A DNA stretch of 64,000 bases from Myxococcota bacterium (GTDB lineage Bacteria; Myxococcota_A; UBA796; UBA2385), in NCBI GenBank assembly GCA_044344255.1, contig JBIJDH010000003.1:288001-352000 (forward strand), in the 5' to 3' direction. Position numbers and translations under genes: made by a program. This document shows, piece by piece, positions 20,510 through 32,093 of this stretch. Position 1 is the first letter of the stretch; every line of letters begins with the position of its first letter. The notes under the pieces were generated by a model, which saw only the letters and a program-made list of their open reading frames with translations, ran no database searches and was not told the origin of the DNA.

Positions 20510-20974
20510 ATGTCGGACCGCGACCGACGGATGTCGATCATCCGCCGCCTGCTGCAGGATCACGAGGTGGGGAGCCAGGAGCAGCTCGCCGAGCTCTTGC
20601 TCGCCGAGGGGGTCCGCTGCACCCAGGCCACGCTCTCTCGCGACCTGCGCGACCTCGGGGTGAGCCGCGTCGCCAGCCCGGAGGGCCCCCGGTACCAGCT
20701 CGACCCGCGCAACCGCTACCTCTCCGCGCTCCGCAAGGTCGTGGGGATGGAGATCCAGCGCGTCCGCTCGAACGGCGTGATGATCGTGGTGCGCACCCTG
20801 ACCGGGCGTGCGGAGGGGGTCGCCGGCTTCCTCGACGCCTGGGGTGACGACCACATCCTCGGCACCGTGGCGGGCGATGACACCGTGCTTGTCGTCCCCA
20901 CCGACATCAACGTCTGCGATGAGCTGGTGGCGCGGATCACCGCGCTGATGGAAGGGGATGGCGAGGCCCACTGA
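20510..20974 (+). CDS. argR: Arginine repressor
   Basis: Motifs SQEQL, TQATLSRDLRDL and ILGTVAGDDTVLV. Confidence 0.95.
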   Translation: MSDRDRRMSIIRRLLQDHEVGSQEQLAELLLAEGVRCTQATLSRDLRDLGVSRVASPEGPRYQLDPRNRYLSALRKVVGMEIQRVRSNGVMIVVRTLTGRAEGVAGFLDAWGDDHILGTVAGDDTVLVVPTDINVCDELVARITALMEGDGEAH

Positions 20975-22703
20975 GGGACCTGCGGCCACCACCGGCCGGC
21001 CCGCGGTCGGGCCGCGCCTCGAGCCTTCGGTCGCCGTCGCAGCGGGGGTCCTCTGCGGGATCGTGGTGGTCGGCCTCTGCTGGCCGATGCCCCTCCACCC
21101 GGCCACCTCCCACCTGCTCACCGCCTTCGGCGACTCCCACGTCTGGGTCTTCGATCAGCTCGTGCAGCAGCTGCTCGACGGCGAGCTGTCCGAGCGCGCC
21201 TGCGCGGCCGGCTACCCCACCGCGCGGACGATGCGGGCGATCGGCCTCGCCCCGCTGCTGGTCTTCGCGCCGCTCCGCGCCCTCGTCGGCGCGCTTGCGG
21301 CGGCGAACCTCGTGCAGATGCTGGCCTTGCCCCTCTCCGCCGCTTTGGCCGCCGTCTGGATCCGACGGGTGACGGGGGCCCCGCCGGGCGTCTCCGCCCT
21401 CCTCGGCGCCGCCTGGGGGCTCAGCCCGACCCTGCTCGGCACCTTCGCCACGCTCGAGATCTCCAACACCCAGGCCTGGCTCCTGCCCGCCCTGCTGCTG
21501 GCCCTGGAGGCCGCCTGGACGAGCCGCGGCGCCGTGGTGCTGGTGCCGCTCCTCGGCGCGCTCACCGCCTTCACCAGCCCCTACTACGCCCTCGCGCTTC
21601 CCTTCCTGTACGCGGGGGCCGCGGTCGGGGCGCTGCGAGAGGGGGGCCGTGTGGTCCTCCCCCGCGTCCTCATCGTGGGCCTCCTGCTAGCCGCCTCGCT
21701 GGCCCTGGCCCGCGGGTGGTACGCCCCCGGTGTCTCGGGCGGCGGCGACAGCATCTTCTCTCCCGCCCAGCGCGCCCCGACGCGCCTCGGCCCGCTGCCG
21801 GTGCCCGCCCCGGTCGCCTCCCTCGACAGCCTCCTCTTTGGCGGCGGGCCCGCGGCGGGCAGCGTCTACGAGACGGTCCACCACAGCTACCTCGGGCTCC
21901 TGCTCGTGCTCGCGGGCCTCGCGGGGGCCCGCTTCGGTCGCGGGCCCGGCCGGGGGCTCGGCTTCGCCCTCACCGTCGGCGGGGCGCTGTTGGCGATGGG
22001 GCCGCTCCTCGCGCTCCAGGGCCGCTACGTGAGCGTCGCCGGGCGGCCTTTGGCGCTGCCCGTCTACCTGCTCGAGGCGCTGCAGTACCCCACCGTCCAC
22101 GGCGGGCTCTACTACCGCTACGCCGTGCTGGCCTCGCTCGGCCTCTGCCTGCAGGCGGCGCGGCTCTTCGCGGCCCTGCCCCGCTCGGCGCTGTGGGCGG
22201 GCCTGTTCGCGCTCCTCCAGGTCGGGGACGCCCTCCGCGCCACCGGCCCGCGCTGGCCCCGCCCCTCCGAGGAGGTCCCCGATCTCGCGCTCCTCGAGCG
22301 GCTCGCCGACGACCCGGCCAGCGAGGGGGACGACGGCGCCGTGCTCGAGCTGCCGCTCCCGGGGCCGACCGACGGTCAGCTCGGCCAGGCCGGGCTCCTG
22401 CGAGCGGTGATCCTCCGCCGCCCCACCACGGCCCTCCCCCGCGCGGTGCTCCAGCGCGCCCACCCGCTCCAGGCCGCGCTCGACGCCGCCGTCGGGGCTG
22501 CAGATCCGACGGACGCCGCCGCCCCGCTCCGGGCCCTTGGCTTCCGCTTCGTGGTGCTGCCCGCCGAGCTCCGCGCCTACACGCACCCCGGCGAGGCGGC
22601 CCTGCGCCGCGGCCTCGGCCCGCCCACCCACGAAGGGGCCCTGCTGCTCTGGGATCTCGGGCCAGCGACCGCTCATTGCGAGGAGCGCTCCGGCGCGTGG
22701 TGA
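20958..22703 (+). CDS. Polytopic membrane protein, possibly GT-C glycosyltransferase-like
   Basis: Many TM segments. Motifs SPYY and YLG, with a C-terminal GAVLELP...GFRFVVL module. Confidence 0.6.
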   Translation: MARPTEGPAATTGRPAVGPRLEPSVAVAAGVLCGIVVVGLCWPMPLHPATSHLLTAFGDSHVWVFDQLVQQLLDGELSERACAAGYPTARTMRAIGLAPLLVFAPLRALVGALAAANLVQMLALPLSAALAAVWIRRVTGAPPGVSALLGAAWGLSPTLLGTFATLEISNTQAWLLPALLLALEAAWTSRGAVVLVPLLGALTAFTSPYYALALPFLYAGAAVGALREGGRVVLPRVLIVGLLLAASLALARGWYAPGVSGGGDSIFSPAQRAPTRLGPLPVPAPVASLDSLLFGGGPAAGSVYETVHHSYLGLLLVLAGLAGARFGRGPGRGLGFALTVGGALLAMGPLLALQGRYVSVAGRPLALPVYLLEALQYPTVHGGLYYRYAVLASLGLCLQAARLFAALPRSALWAGLFALLQVGDALRATGPRWPRPSEEVPDLALLERLADDPASEGDDGAVLELPLPGPTDGQLGQAGLLRAVILRRPTTALPRAVLQRAHPLQAALDAAVGAADPTDAAAPLRALGFRFVVLPAELRAYTHPGEAALRRGLGPPTHEGALLLWDLGPATAHCEERSGAW

Positions 22704-22733
22704 CCCCCCCGCGCTCCCGGTTATGCGGCGCGG

Positions 22734-23905
22734 ATGCCACGCATCAACCCCCTCGTCACCTCACTCGCCACCTACCCCATCGTCGAGATTGAGCGCCGGA
22801 AGGCAGAGCTCATCCGCGCAGGGAGGCGGGTCTACGACTTCGGCACGGGTGACCCGGTCGAGCCCACCCCCGACTTCGTCCGGCAGGCCATGCTCGACGC
22901 GGTGCCGGCCTCCTGCCCCTACCCCTCGGTGTCGGGCAAGAAGGACGTGCGGGAGGCCATCGCGAAGTACCTGCTGACCCGCTTCGGGGTGACGCTCGAT
23001 CCGGAGACGCAGATCATCCCCACCTCGGGGAGCAAGGAGGCGGTCTTTCACACCCCCCAGCTCGTGATCGACCCCAACGCAGACGACAAGCTCGTGGTCT
23101 TCCCAGACCCCGGCTACCCCGCCTACCAGCGGGGGGCGCTGTTCGCCTACGGGGAGGCGTACCCCGTGATCCTCGACGGCGACCACATCTTCCGCCCGTG
23201 GCTCCTGCCGCCGGAGGTGCTTCGGCGCACCCGGATGATGTGGATCAACAGCCCGCACAATCCTTCGGGCGCGATCACGCCCCTCGAAGACCTGCAGCGC
23301 ACGGCCGATCTCTGCCGCGAGTACGACATCCTGCTCGTCTCCGACGAGACCTATGCCGACATCTACCAGGACACCGTTCCCCACTCGATCCTGGAGTGCG
23401 GCTTCGAGAACGTGCTCGCGCTCCACTCCCTGTCCAAGCGCTCGGGCATGACCGGTTACCGCTCGGGCTTCCTCGCAGGCGACGCCAACATCGTCAAGCA
23501 GCTCAAGGGGCTGCGCGCGAACCCCGGCCTCGTCCCTCAGGACTTCGTCAACACCGCCGCGGCGGTCGCCTGGGCCGACGACGCCCACGTCGCCGAGCGC
23601 CGCGCGATCTTCGCCGCCAAGAAGAAGGTCCTGATGGACTTCTTCAACGAGGTGGGCATCGAAGTGGTGGCCAGTGAGGCCACGATCTACCTCTGGCTCA
23701 AGACCCCCGCCGGCTTCACCGACGAGCAGTACGCGCTCAAGCTGCTCGAGGCGGGCATCGTCTCTACCCCCGGGCCCCTGTTCGCGGTCGGCGGCGGTGG
23801 GGTGGGCTACATCCGCCTCGCGCTGGTGCCCTCTGTGGAGGCCTGCCGGGAGGCCACGGTGGCCTGGCGGTCCGCCCTCTCAGGCGCCGGCCACCAGGAG
23901 AGGGG

Positions 23906-23909
<4 letters not shown>
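22734..23909 (+). CDS. dapC: Class I/II PLP aminotransferase, likely succinyldiaminopimelate transaminase
   Basis: Motifs PDPGYPAY, NSPHNPSG, SDETY and SLSKRSGMTGYRSGF. Coupled to dapD. Confidence 0.8.
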
Positions 23910-24712
<803 letters not shown>

Positions 24713-24718
24713 GCCCGG

Positions 24719-26320
24719 ATGCGCCGCTCCTTCGCCACCCACCCCCGCCTCGCCCTCGCGCTGGTGGCGGCGTTGGTGGCTGCGCTGCTGGCCTCCTCGC
24801 TGCCCGTGCTCGACGAAGAGAGCTACCTCGCGATCGCAGCCCAGCTCGAGCCGGCCCGCCCCTACGACTGGTGGCGGCCCTGGCCCCCCTGGGGGGGTGC
24901 GCGGGAGGCCGACGCCTTCGTCTATGCCCACCCGCCCTTGTTCTTGTGGTGGGTGTGGCTCTGGGGCGGCTCGGCCTCCTTCGCCCCCGCGGCGGTGAAG
25001 GCGATGAAGGTGGCCGCTGCCTTGCCCTGGGCGGCGCTCCTCGGCTGGTCGGTGGGGCGCCTCGCCGAGCGATACACCCGGCACCCCTGGCTGGCCGTGG
25101 CCACCTGGATGATGAGCCCGATCGTGGTGCTCGGCCTCCAACGCGGGCTGATGCCGGACCTGATGGTCACGGCGCTCCAGACCTTCGCCCTCGTCGCCTG
25201 GCTCGAGGGCCTGCCGCGGGAGGGTGGGCTCCGCCAGCGGTGGATGATCATGGGCGGCCTCGCCCTCGGCGGCGCCGTGCTCACCAAGTACCCGGCCGCG
25301 CTCCTGGCGCCGCTGCTGCTCCTGCATGGGCTGGGGGCGCGGCGCCTTCGGGGGAGCGGCCTGTTCTGGCTCTGCGCCCTCGGGTTGGTGGGCGGGGTCG
25401 AGGCCTGGCTGGCCCTCCAGTACGGGCGCATCCACCTCGTTGAGGTCTTGACGCGCGCTGGGGAGATCCCACGCGGCGCCCTCGCCGGGCGCGGCCTCGG
25501 CACCCTCGTGCGCCTCTCCCTCGCCTTGAGCCCCCTCCCGCTGCTCGCCCGCGGGCACGCCACCGGCTGGTTCGTGGCCGCCCTCGTCGCCGCCCCGCTG
25601 GCCGCGGCGGTGGTTCCCGACGGAACTGGCGTGGAGGCGCAGCTCATCGTGGCCCTGCTCGCCTCGGCCGGTCTCGCCCTGATCGGCCTCTGCCTCGCCG
25701 CGCTGCGGGCTCAGGGCGCCGGGCCCGACCGCGGGCTCGATGAGCGCCTCCTCGCCGCGCACGTCGTCGTGGTGGTGCTGGGCGTGGTGATCGGACACAA
25801 CTTCTCCGCCCCCCGCTACCTCCTCCCGGCGATGGGGAGCCTCGCGGTCCTCGTGGTGCGCCACTTCGAGCGCCGGGCTGACACCCGCACCCTCCTCCAG
25901 GCGGGCCTCGCCCTGCACGGGGCCCTGGCCCTCGGCCTCACGGTCGCCGAGCACCGCTTCGCCGGGGCCGAGTCGGCGGCGGCCCGCGAGCTCGTGCGTC
26001 GGACCCAGGGGCGCTGCCTCGAGCGGCCCTGCCTCTTCAGCGGGGAGTGGACCTTCCGCTACGAGCTCGAGCAGGCCGGGTGGGCCTTCTACACGGGGGA
26101 GGCGCCGAGCGGGGCCCTGGTGATCACGGGCGAGCGCTCCTCCCCCGCGGCGCACCCCGCGGACTGGGTGGAGGTGGACCGGGTGGGGCGCGGCGACTTC
26201 CCCTTGCGGGTGGTCGATCCCGCGCGGGACGTCGGCCTGTACGGCGAGACCACCGGCAGCCTGCCCTTCGCCTTCGGGGAGGGCCCGCTCGAGGAGGCCG
26301 TCTTGTGGCAGGTGCCGTGA
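24719..26320 (+). CDS. ArnT/GT39-like (GT-C) membrane glycosyltransferase
   Basis: Motifs DEESY, HPPL, MPD, LTKY and APRYLLP. Polytopic. Confidence 0.8.
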   Translation: MRRSFATHPRLALALVAALVAALLASSLPVLDEESYLAIAAQLEPARPYDWWRPWPPWGGAREADAFVYAHPPLFLWWVWLWGGSASFAPAAVKAMKVAAALPWAALLGWSVGRLAERYTRHPWLAVATWMMSPIVVLGLQRGLMPDLMVTALQTFALVAWLEGLPREGGLRQRWMIMGGLALGGAVLTKYPAALLAPLLLLHGLGARRLRGSGLFWLCALGLVGGVEAWLALQYGRIHLVEVLTRAGEIPRGALAGRGLGTLVRLSLALSPLPLLARGHATGWFVAALVAAPLAAAVVPDGTGVEAQLIVALLASAGLALIGLCLAALRAQGAGPDRGLDERLLAAHVVVVVLGVVIGHNFSAPRYLLPAMGSLAVLVVRHFERRADTRTLLQAGLALHGALALGLTVAEHRFAGAESAAARELVRRTQGRCLERPCLFSGEWTFRYELEQAGWAFYTGEAPSGALVITGERSSPAAHPADWVEVDRVGRGDFPLRVVDPARDVGLYGETTGSLPFAFGEGPLEEAVLWQVP

Positions 26321-27074
26321 CCCCGCCGACCCCCTCGGACGACGATCCGCGCGAGCAGGCCCTCGATCGCCTCCATGACGGCCTCGACCGCCCCCGCCTC
26401 ACCGTCGCCCTCGCGGCCAGCCTCGTGCTCATCCACGCAGGCATCGGCGCGCGCGTGCTCCTGCGGGGGAACGCTGGCGTCTGGGAGGCCTTCTTCGCCG
26501 GGCGGGGCGAGCGGCTGCTGCGGCGGTCGGGGGCGATGTGGTGGCGGGCCGTCGATCGCGGGGAGCTCTGGCGCCTGGTCACGAGCGTCTTCCTCCACGG
26601 CGACGCCCTGCACCTGCTCGTCAACACGAGCGCCCTCTTCGCCCTCGGGCGGCTCTGTGAGGCGGTCTATGGCCCCTCGCGGATGTTGTGGATCTTCCTG
26701 CTCTCCGGCGTGGGCGGGGCCACCCTCACCTGGGTGGGCGGCACCACGCTCACGGTGGGGGCCAGCGGCGGCATCTTCGGCTTGCTGGGCGCCGCCTTCG
26801 TCTTCGGCTGGAAGCAGGGGCGCGCGCTCCCCGACGACACCGCGGCCTTCTTCCGCCGCAGGCTCGTCCCCTGGATCCTCGTCAACCTCGCGATCGGCCT
26901 CCTGCTCCCCTTCATCGACAACCTCGGCCACATCGGCGGCCTCGTGACCGGCTGCCTGCTCGGGATGGTGCTCGACAACCGCGTCACGGAGCGCCCCTCG
27001 CGGCCGATCGGGGTGCTGCTCGCCGGCCTCAGCCTCTCCCTGCTGACCATCGGCCTCTGGGGAGTGAGCACCAA

Positions 27075-27084
<10 letters not shown>
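26317..27084 (+). CDS. Rhomboid intramembrane serine protease
   Basis: Motifs WRLVTSVFLH...HLLVN, GASGG and HIGG. Confidence 0.93.
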
Positions 27085-28057
<973 letters not shown>

Positions 28058-28092
28058 TCACGGAGTAGGGCTGGGGTTGGCTTAGGGCCCGG

Positions 28093-28337
28093 CTCCCTCC
28101 CCCCTTGTGGGGGAGGGCTGGGGTGGGGGGGGTGATTGTCGCCAACGCACCTCGGATCTGGTCGATCACGCCATCGATATTGCTCAACACCTCGTTCGCC
28201 GATCTGCTGATGACGGAGGGCTCGCCACAGGTGCCGCTCGGCGTCGGTCATCTCAGCCCGGAGCCTCCTCGCGCTTCTCAGCAGGATGGACATGTCAGCC
28301 CCCCCCACCCTGTCCCTCCCCCACGAGGGGGGAGGGG
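28093..28337. mobile_element. Internally deleted DUF559 endonuclease gene flanked by inverted ~39-bp REP-like palindromes
   Basis: Minus strand from ATG 28293: ARRLRAEMTDAERHLWRALR joined out of frame to NEVLSNIDGVIDQI. 28093-28132 is approximately the reverse complement of 28299-28337. Confidence 0.75.
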
Positions 28338-28412
28338 ACCGAATCGGCAGGTTTGTGGAGTCTTCGACCGCCGGTATCGGCAGCGTTGCACGCAGGATCG
28401 AGTGAATTACGA

Positions 28413-29255
28413 TCAGTTCCAGCGGAGGAGCCGGCGGTGATCGTGGCTCAGGCCCACAAATCCGCCGAAGGTCACCCGCGGGCGGTCGCCGCCGACGGGG
28501 CTCACCCGGTGGTAGAGCCGCCCGCCGTTAAAGAGCAGCAGGTCGCCTGCGCCGGGCAGCACCGGCTGCTGCTGGTAACGGGCCTCAATGGCGTCGTCGT
28601 CGAGGATGCGGCCCTGCTCCCGCCAGGGCACGGCGGGGTCGCCGTACTCGAGATCGTAGACGACGAGCTCGCCCCCGGTCTCCCCCTGCTGGAGCGGCAC
28701 GAACCAGGAGAGCTGCCAGGCGGTCTCCACCTGGGGCAAGAGCGGCTTGAAGCCCCCGGTCTCCTGGAACCAGCGCCCGACGTGGGTGGGGATGCCCTTG
28801 CCGGGCGGCACCCAGCGCAGCGTGGCGGGGGTGAAGGCCCGTCCCTCGGGGCTCACGGGCTCGGTCACCGCGCGGCCGCCGCCGAGCTGGCTGAGCACGC
28901 CCGAGGCGGCGCCGAGCAGATCGATGTCGAAGAAGAGGTCGGCGTAGAGCTCGCGGAAGCGGTCGGCCTTCTCGAGGTAATGCTCGAGGGGCGGGCCGTC
29001 GGGGTAGGCGTTGTAGGGGGTGAGCGAGCTGCCGAGCAGGGCCATCTGCTTGCGGTTCGGGTCGTCGGACTCTTGGAGCACCCAGGGCAGCTCGGCCCGC
29101 CGCGCCTCGATGCGGGCGACCACGCGCGCGAGCTCGGCGGGATCGACGATCCCGCGGATGAGCGCGAGGTCGACCCGGCCCTCGCCGATGTCCTCGATGA
29201 GCGTGGCGGGGAGGGGGCCGCTGGCGGGCAGGTCGAGGACGCGGAGGTGGTTCAT
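28413..29255 (-). CDS. WelO5/AmbO5-family Fe(II)/2-oxoglutarate enzyme with H-x-G motif (predicted halogenase)
   Basis: 280 aa. Motifs PEGRAFTPATLR...HVG..F, QLSWFVPL...GGELVVY and PGAGDLLLFNGGRLYHRV......R.TFGGF. Confidence 0.85.
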   Translation of the reverse strand: MNHLRVLDLPASGPLPATLIEDIGEGRVDLALIRGIVDPAELARVVARIEARRAELPWVLQESDDPNRKQMALLGSSLTPYNAYPDGPPLEHYLEKADRFRELYADLFFDIDLLGAASGVLSQLGGGRAVTEPVSPEGRAFTPATLRWVPPGKGIPTHVGRWFQETGGFKPLLPQVETAWQLSWFVPLQQGETGGELVVYDLEYGDPAVPWREQGRILDDDAIEARYQQQPVLPGAGDLLLFNGGRLYHRVSPVGGDRPRVTFGGFVGLSHDHRRLLRWN

Positions 29256-29272
29256 CGGTGCTTCCTGTCGGT

Positions 29273-30313
29273 TCAGGCGGTGGGACCCTGCGGCTCGAGC
29301 GGGCCGAAGAGGCGCTCGTAGGTGCTGCGGGTCCGCTTCGCCAGCAGGCGGTGGGTGCGGCGCACGTCCCGCAGCACGTGCTCGGGGTAGAAGGCGCGGT
29401 CGTACATGAGCTCGAAGGCGTTTCGCGGGAGGGCCGGGAGCTCGCTGAGCTCCTCGATCTGGTCGAGGTGCCCGAGGGTCAGGGCCCTCTCGGTGCGGGC
29501 GTCGGGCTCGTCGCCGAAGATGCGCCCGTCGGGGCCGATCACCCAGAAGCGGGCGTCGGGCTGGACGGGCCCGTCCCCCGAGCAGTAGCGGGCCCGCGAG
29601 ATCTCGGAGAGCAGGCTTCGGCGCAGGTGCTCGGCGCTTCGGGGGTGGAGCGAGAGCCACCGCTCCCAGAAGAGGGTCATCTCCCGGAGCTGCTGGTCGA
29701 GCTTGAGGAGGGCCGCGTCCTCCCAGGGCTGGCCCACCACCGGCGAGATGACGAGGTGAACGAGCCCCTGCTTGAGCAGGAAGGCGGCGTTCTCGGTGAG
29801 CTCGCCGACCGTCGCCGGGGTCACCACCATATTGGCCGCCGAGGAGACCCCGGCCTCCACCAGCGCCCGGAGGCCGGAGAGGGTCTGGTCGTAGGACTGA
29901 TTCACATCCTCCTTGGCTAGATAGGGCTCCTCGGCCAGATAGGGGCGCCGAAATTGTGTGTGGGTCTCTCGAAGCCCATCAATGCTCACGCGGGCGTTAA
30001 ATCCATGGGCGGCCAGGAAGCGCGCCCGCTGGGTGTCGAGTCGGGTACCATTGGTGCAGATGCTCAGGGACAGCTTGCGCTTCTCCCGCTGGGGGAGGAT
30101 CCGCTCCACCAGCTCCTCCACGCGCTCCCAGGCCAGCGTGGGCTCACCTCCGTGGAAGTTGAGGTCGAGGGCCGCGGGGGCGCTGCGGTCGAGGACCTGT
30201 ACCAGCTTCTCGAGCAGGGCCGAGGAGATGCTCACCGGCCGCTTGGCGGTCGTGCAGTAGCTGCAGCGGAGGTTGCAGGCGTCGGTGAAGATGACCGAGA
30301 GCTGGACGCGCAT
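29273..30313 (-). CDS. Radical SAM protein (anSME/SPASM-like core, no auxiliary Cys cluster evident)
   Basis: Motifs CNLRCSYC, FHGGEPTL, TNGT, VSIDG and VIGPDGRI. Confidence 0.9.
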   Translation of the reverse strand: MRVQLSVIFTDACNLRCSYCTTAKRPVSISSALLEKLVQVLDRSAPAALDLNFHGGEPTLAWERVEELVERILPQREKRKLSLSICTNGTRLDTQRARFLAAHGFNARVSIDGLRETHTQFRRPYLAEEPYLAKEDVNQSYDQTLSGLRALVEAGVSSAANMVVTPATVGELTENAAFLLKQGLVHLVISPVVGQPWEDAALLKLDQQLREMTLFWERWLSLHPRSAEHLRRSLLSEISRARYCSGDGPVQPDARFWVIGPDGRIFGDEPDARTERALTLGHLDQIEELSELPALPRNAFELMYDRAFYPEHVLRDVRRTHRLLAKRTRSTYERLFGPLEPQGPTA

Positions 30314-30315
30314 CC

Positions 30316-31065
30316 TCAGCTCCAGACCCAGAGCTTGCCCGCGGCGTCCCGACCGGCGAAGCCCCCGAGCGTCCACCGCTCTGCAGAGGATGGACAGACG
30401 CGGTGGTTGAAGCGCCCGCCGTCGAAGAGCAGCAGATCGCCCGGCCCCGGGCGGAGGGTGGTGGTGCCGAAGGCGGCGAGGCGGTCCCGGGCGGCGGCGG
30501 GGGACAGGCCCTCGAGGGACTGACCTTCGGCTGGGCGGTGGAAGAGCTCGAGCTCACCGCCGTCGGGGAGGGCGTTCAGCGGCAGATAGAAGCTCAGGTG
30601 CCAGCGGGGTGTCAGTCGGGCCCGATGCCAGCCCATCGCGGGCCAGGCCCAGCGCTCGGAGTGGACGGCCACCTCCAGCCCGGGCGGCAGGCGACGGATC
30701 GTGACCGCGGCGTAGGTCTGTCCGCCCTCTTCGGGCACTTCGACCGGGGCGCCGGCCAGTCGACCGAGGAGCGCGAGGAGCGGCGCGTGCAGGCCGAGCG
30801 ACTCCATGCAGGCGCGGAGGCGGGCGGCGTCCTCAAAGTAGCGCGCTCGGTCTGGGGTGACGATGAGCACGCTGCCGTGTGTGGTCCCGGGGAAGGGCGG
30901 CGCAGAGCGGGCCGGGAGCTCGGCCGCGGCAGCTCGGAGCGCGGCGACCGCCTCCAGGGACAGGGCGCCCTTCAGCCAGAGGCCGTCGATCTGGCCCTCC
31001 CACAGGGCCGCGAGCGCGCCGACCTCACCGCGGTCCACCTCGATGCGCGGGGCCTCGGCGGTCAT
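30316..31065 (-). CDS. WelO5-family Fe(II)/2OG oxygenase with H-x-E motif (predicted hydroxylase)
   Basis: Motifs GQTYAAVTIR...VAVHSE, LSFYLPL...GGELELF, PGPGDLLLFDGGRFNHRV, RWTLGGF and terminal WS. Confidence 0.85.
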   Translation of the reverse strand: MTAEAPRIEVDRGEVGALAALWEGQIDGLWLKGALSLEAVAALRAAAAELPARSAPPFPGTTHGSVLIVTPDRARYFEDAARLRACMESLGLHAPLLALLGRLAGAPVEVPEEGGQTYAAVTIRRLPPGLEVAVHSERWAWPAMGWHRARLTPRWHLSFYLPLNALPDGGELELFHRPAEGQSLEGLSPAAARDRLAAFGTTTLRPGPGDLLLFDGGRFNHRVCPSSAERWTLGGFAGRDAAGKLWVWS

Positions 31066-32093
31066 GGTCGGGGCCTCGGCGCGCGGTCCGGGGCGGCGGG
31101 CGTGGGCGTCAGGCGGTGGCGCTCGTCGCCGAAGCGGCGCACGTAGCCGTCGTGCAGGCCGTCACAGCCCCGCCCGAAGTGTGCGCAGGCGCTGGCGTGG
31201 ACACAGTCGAATCGAAAGCCCTCGGACAGGCGGTCTTGGAATTCGTCGCGGATGAGGAGCTGGGGCTGGTGGTTGTCGAGCGTGTCGCCGGCCGGCCCGA
31301 GCAGGCAGCGCGGGAACCACTTGGTCGTGACCGCGACGCCCGCGGCCTGGAGCTCCGCCACGGCCGCGCGGAGGGGGGGCATCGCGGCCTCGAGGGACAC
31401 GAGGTTGCCCTCCTGGCCCACCTCTCCGAGGTGGAGGAAGGACCAGAGGTGCGCCCCCGAGAAGCCCCAGCGGATGAGGGTCCGGGCGATGTCGGGGAGG
31501 GCGGCGGCGTTGTCCCGACAGACCACCGTGTTCGAGCAGAGGGTGGCGCCGAGGGCGCGGAGGTTCTGCACCCCCTGCTCGAGCTCGGCGAAGGAGCGGC
31601 CGCTGCCGGTGATGTGCGCGTCGGCGGCGGGGTCGGCGGCGTGCACCGACACGAAGTATTCGCGCACGCCCGACTGAAAGAGCCGCGCGGCGAGGCCGCG
31701 GTCCGACAGGCGGCGGGCGTTCGTCTGGATGCGCACCACCGAGAAGCCGCCGCGGCCGGTGGCGGCGGCGGCGATGTCGGCGAGGTCGTCACGCAGCGTG
31801 ACCTCGGCCCCGGACAGGATGAGGCGCCGAAAGCGCCGGCTGCGCCCGTTCTCGGCGAAGAGGGGCTCGAGCACGTCGGCGCTCGGGTCGGCAAAGCGGT
31901 TGAGCTCGGTCTCGATAATGCAGAACCGGCAGCGGCTGTTGCAGCGATAGGTGAGGGCCACGAGGAGGCTGTCCTCCTCCTCTCCTCCCGCCGCCCTTGT
32001 CGCGCCCGCGGGCCCAGCCGCGCCGAGCTGCCGGCCCACCATCTCGCTCGAGTGGGCGTAGCTCTCCCAGGGCGTGGCGGGCTTAGAAGACAC
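31062..32093 (-). CDS. Radical SAM protein with C-terminal Cys motif (HxsC-like)
   Basis: Motifs CNSRCRFC, LSGAEVT, IQTNAR, FPRC and C...C......CDG....Y...FG. Confidence 0.9.
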   Translation of the reverse strand: MSSKPATPWESYAHSSEMVGRQLGAAGPAGATRAAGGEEEDSLLVALTYRCNSRCRFCIIETELNRFADPSADVLEPLFAENGRSRRFRRLILSGAEVTLRDDLADIAAAATGRGGFSVVRIQTNARRLSDRGLAARLFQSGVREYFVSVHAADPAADAHITGSGRSFAELEQGVQNLRALGATLCSNTVVCRDNAAALPDIARTLIRWGFSGAHLWSFLHLGEVGQEGNLVSLEAAMPPLRAAVAELQAAGVAVTTKWFPRCLLGPAGDTLDNHQPQLLIRDEFQDRLSEGFRFDCVHASACAHFGRGCDGLHDGYVRRFGDERHRLTPTPAAPDRAPRPRP

